From the human T2T-CHM13v2.0 reference genome, Homo sapiens: a DNA stretch of 64,000 nucleotides. The DNA is taken from NCBI RefSeq assembly GCF_009914755.1, contig NC_060925.1; one strand, written 5' to 3'. The notes under the pieces were generated by a model. That model worked only from the letters and a program-made list of their open reading frames with translations, was not told the origin of the DNA and searched no databases. A program made the position numbers and the translations under genes. Below, in pieces: positions 60,911 to 64,000 of the stretch; the stretch's first letter is position 1; the number at the start of each line of letters is the position of its first letter.

Positions 60911-61290
60911 GGTACTAACACTTCTGACATCACTCTAAATCACAGACTTTATTATAGGGAATAACCCAGTCAAAACAATTAGACAATTTAATTTCACGTT
61001 TCAAAGAAGAGAGATTGATGGATCAGTAGGTATAATTCTATTTACTGTATACTTGTTTCTGGTAATGACAGTATTTAAGATTGTGTGAGCAAATATGATT
61101 TTATTTTTTATTTTTTGAGACAGGATCTCACTCTGTCATCCAGGTTGGAGTGCAGTGGCAATATCATGGCTCACTGCAGCCACAACCTCTTGGGTTCAAG
61201 TGATTCTCCCTCCTCAGCCTCCTGAGCAGCTGAGACTACAGGTGTGCACCACCATGTCTGGTTAATTTTTATATATTTTTTTAGAGATGA

Positions 61291-61401
<111 letters not shown>

Positions 61402-61650
61402 TGAAAAATTATTATTTATGTAATTCAACCCTCAAATTATTCAATGCTATTCTTTATTCCTACTTTGTATGTAAAAGCATGTGGTCAATTGTTGTTACCT
61501 CCAAGCTATGAGGTATATATTATGTGGGCATCATTCACATAAACTCACAAAAATGGAAGACTGAGGGCACTGAAAGGGCATGCATGAGGAAAATCTAGAT
61601 GTAGGGGTTCCTTTTGTTTGACTTATAACTGTTTTTTAAAAAATTTAATT

Positions 61651-63970
<2,320 letters not shown>

Positions 63971-64000
63971 AAATTTAATTTAATTCAATTTAAGCTCTGG

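Overview
Primate (human-like) genomic DNA, very Alu/L1/LTR-rich, with no prokaryotic features and no CRISPR array. It holds one complete KRAB-C2H2 zinc-finger gene on the - strand that I recognise as ZNF695 (ZNF91-like subfamily). Exon 1 carries only the ATG (51507-51509) inside a CpG island, followed by an extended KRAB-A exon (43514-43676), a KRAB-B exon (42950-43042) and a finger exon (30600-31888). The spliced CDS is 1548 nt (515 aa; 4 degenerate + 9 intact fingers). An internal donor at 31758 and a 98-nt exon inside a MaLR (MST) LTR (11332-11429) can give a finger-less KRAB-only isoform. Head-to-head with ZNF695 lies an orphan, decayed paralogous finger exon plus 3'UTR (58790-~61640). It is split by a HERV-K(HML-2) LTR5_Hs solo LTR (59379-60338) pointing towards ZNF695 and followed by a both-ends-truncated, poly(A)-less L1 fragment flanked by a 14-bp direct repeat. 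Also present: a full MST LTR-int-LTR element, an LTR13 solo LTR inside an Alu, MER21/MLT1/L2/MIR relics, and non-repeat exon-like blocks (about 5.0-5.7 kb and 22.2-23.2 kb) that may be a fossil gene. Most ORFs in the supplied track are Alu/L1/LTR artefacts. Repeat family names come from recall of consensus sequences, not from a database search, and repeat boundaries are approximate unless a TSD is quoted.
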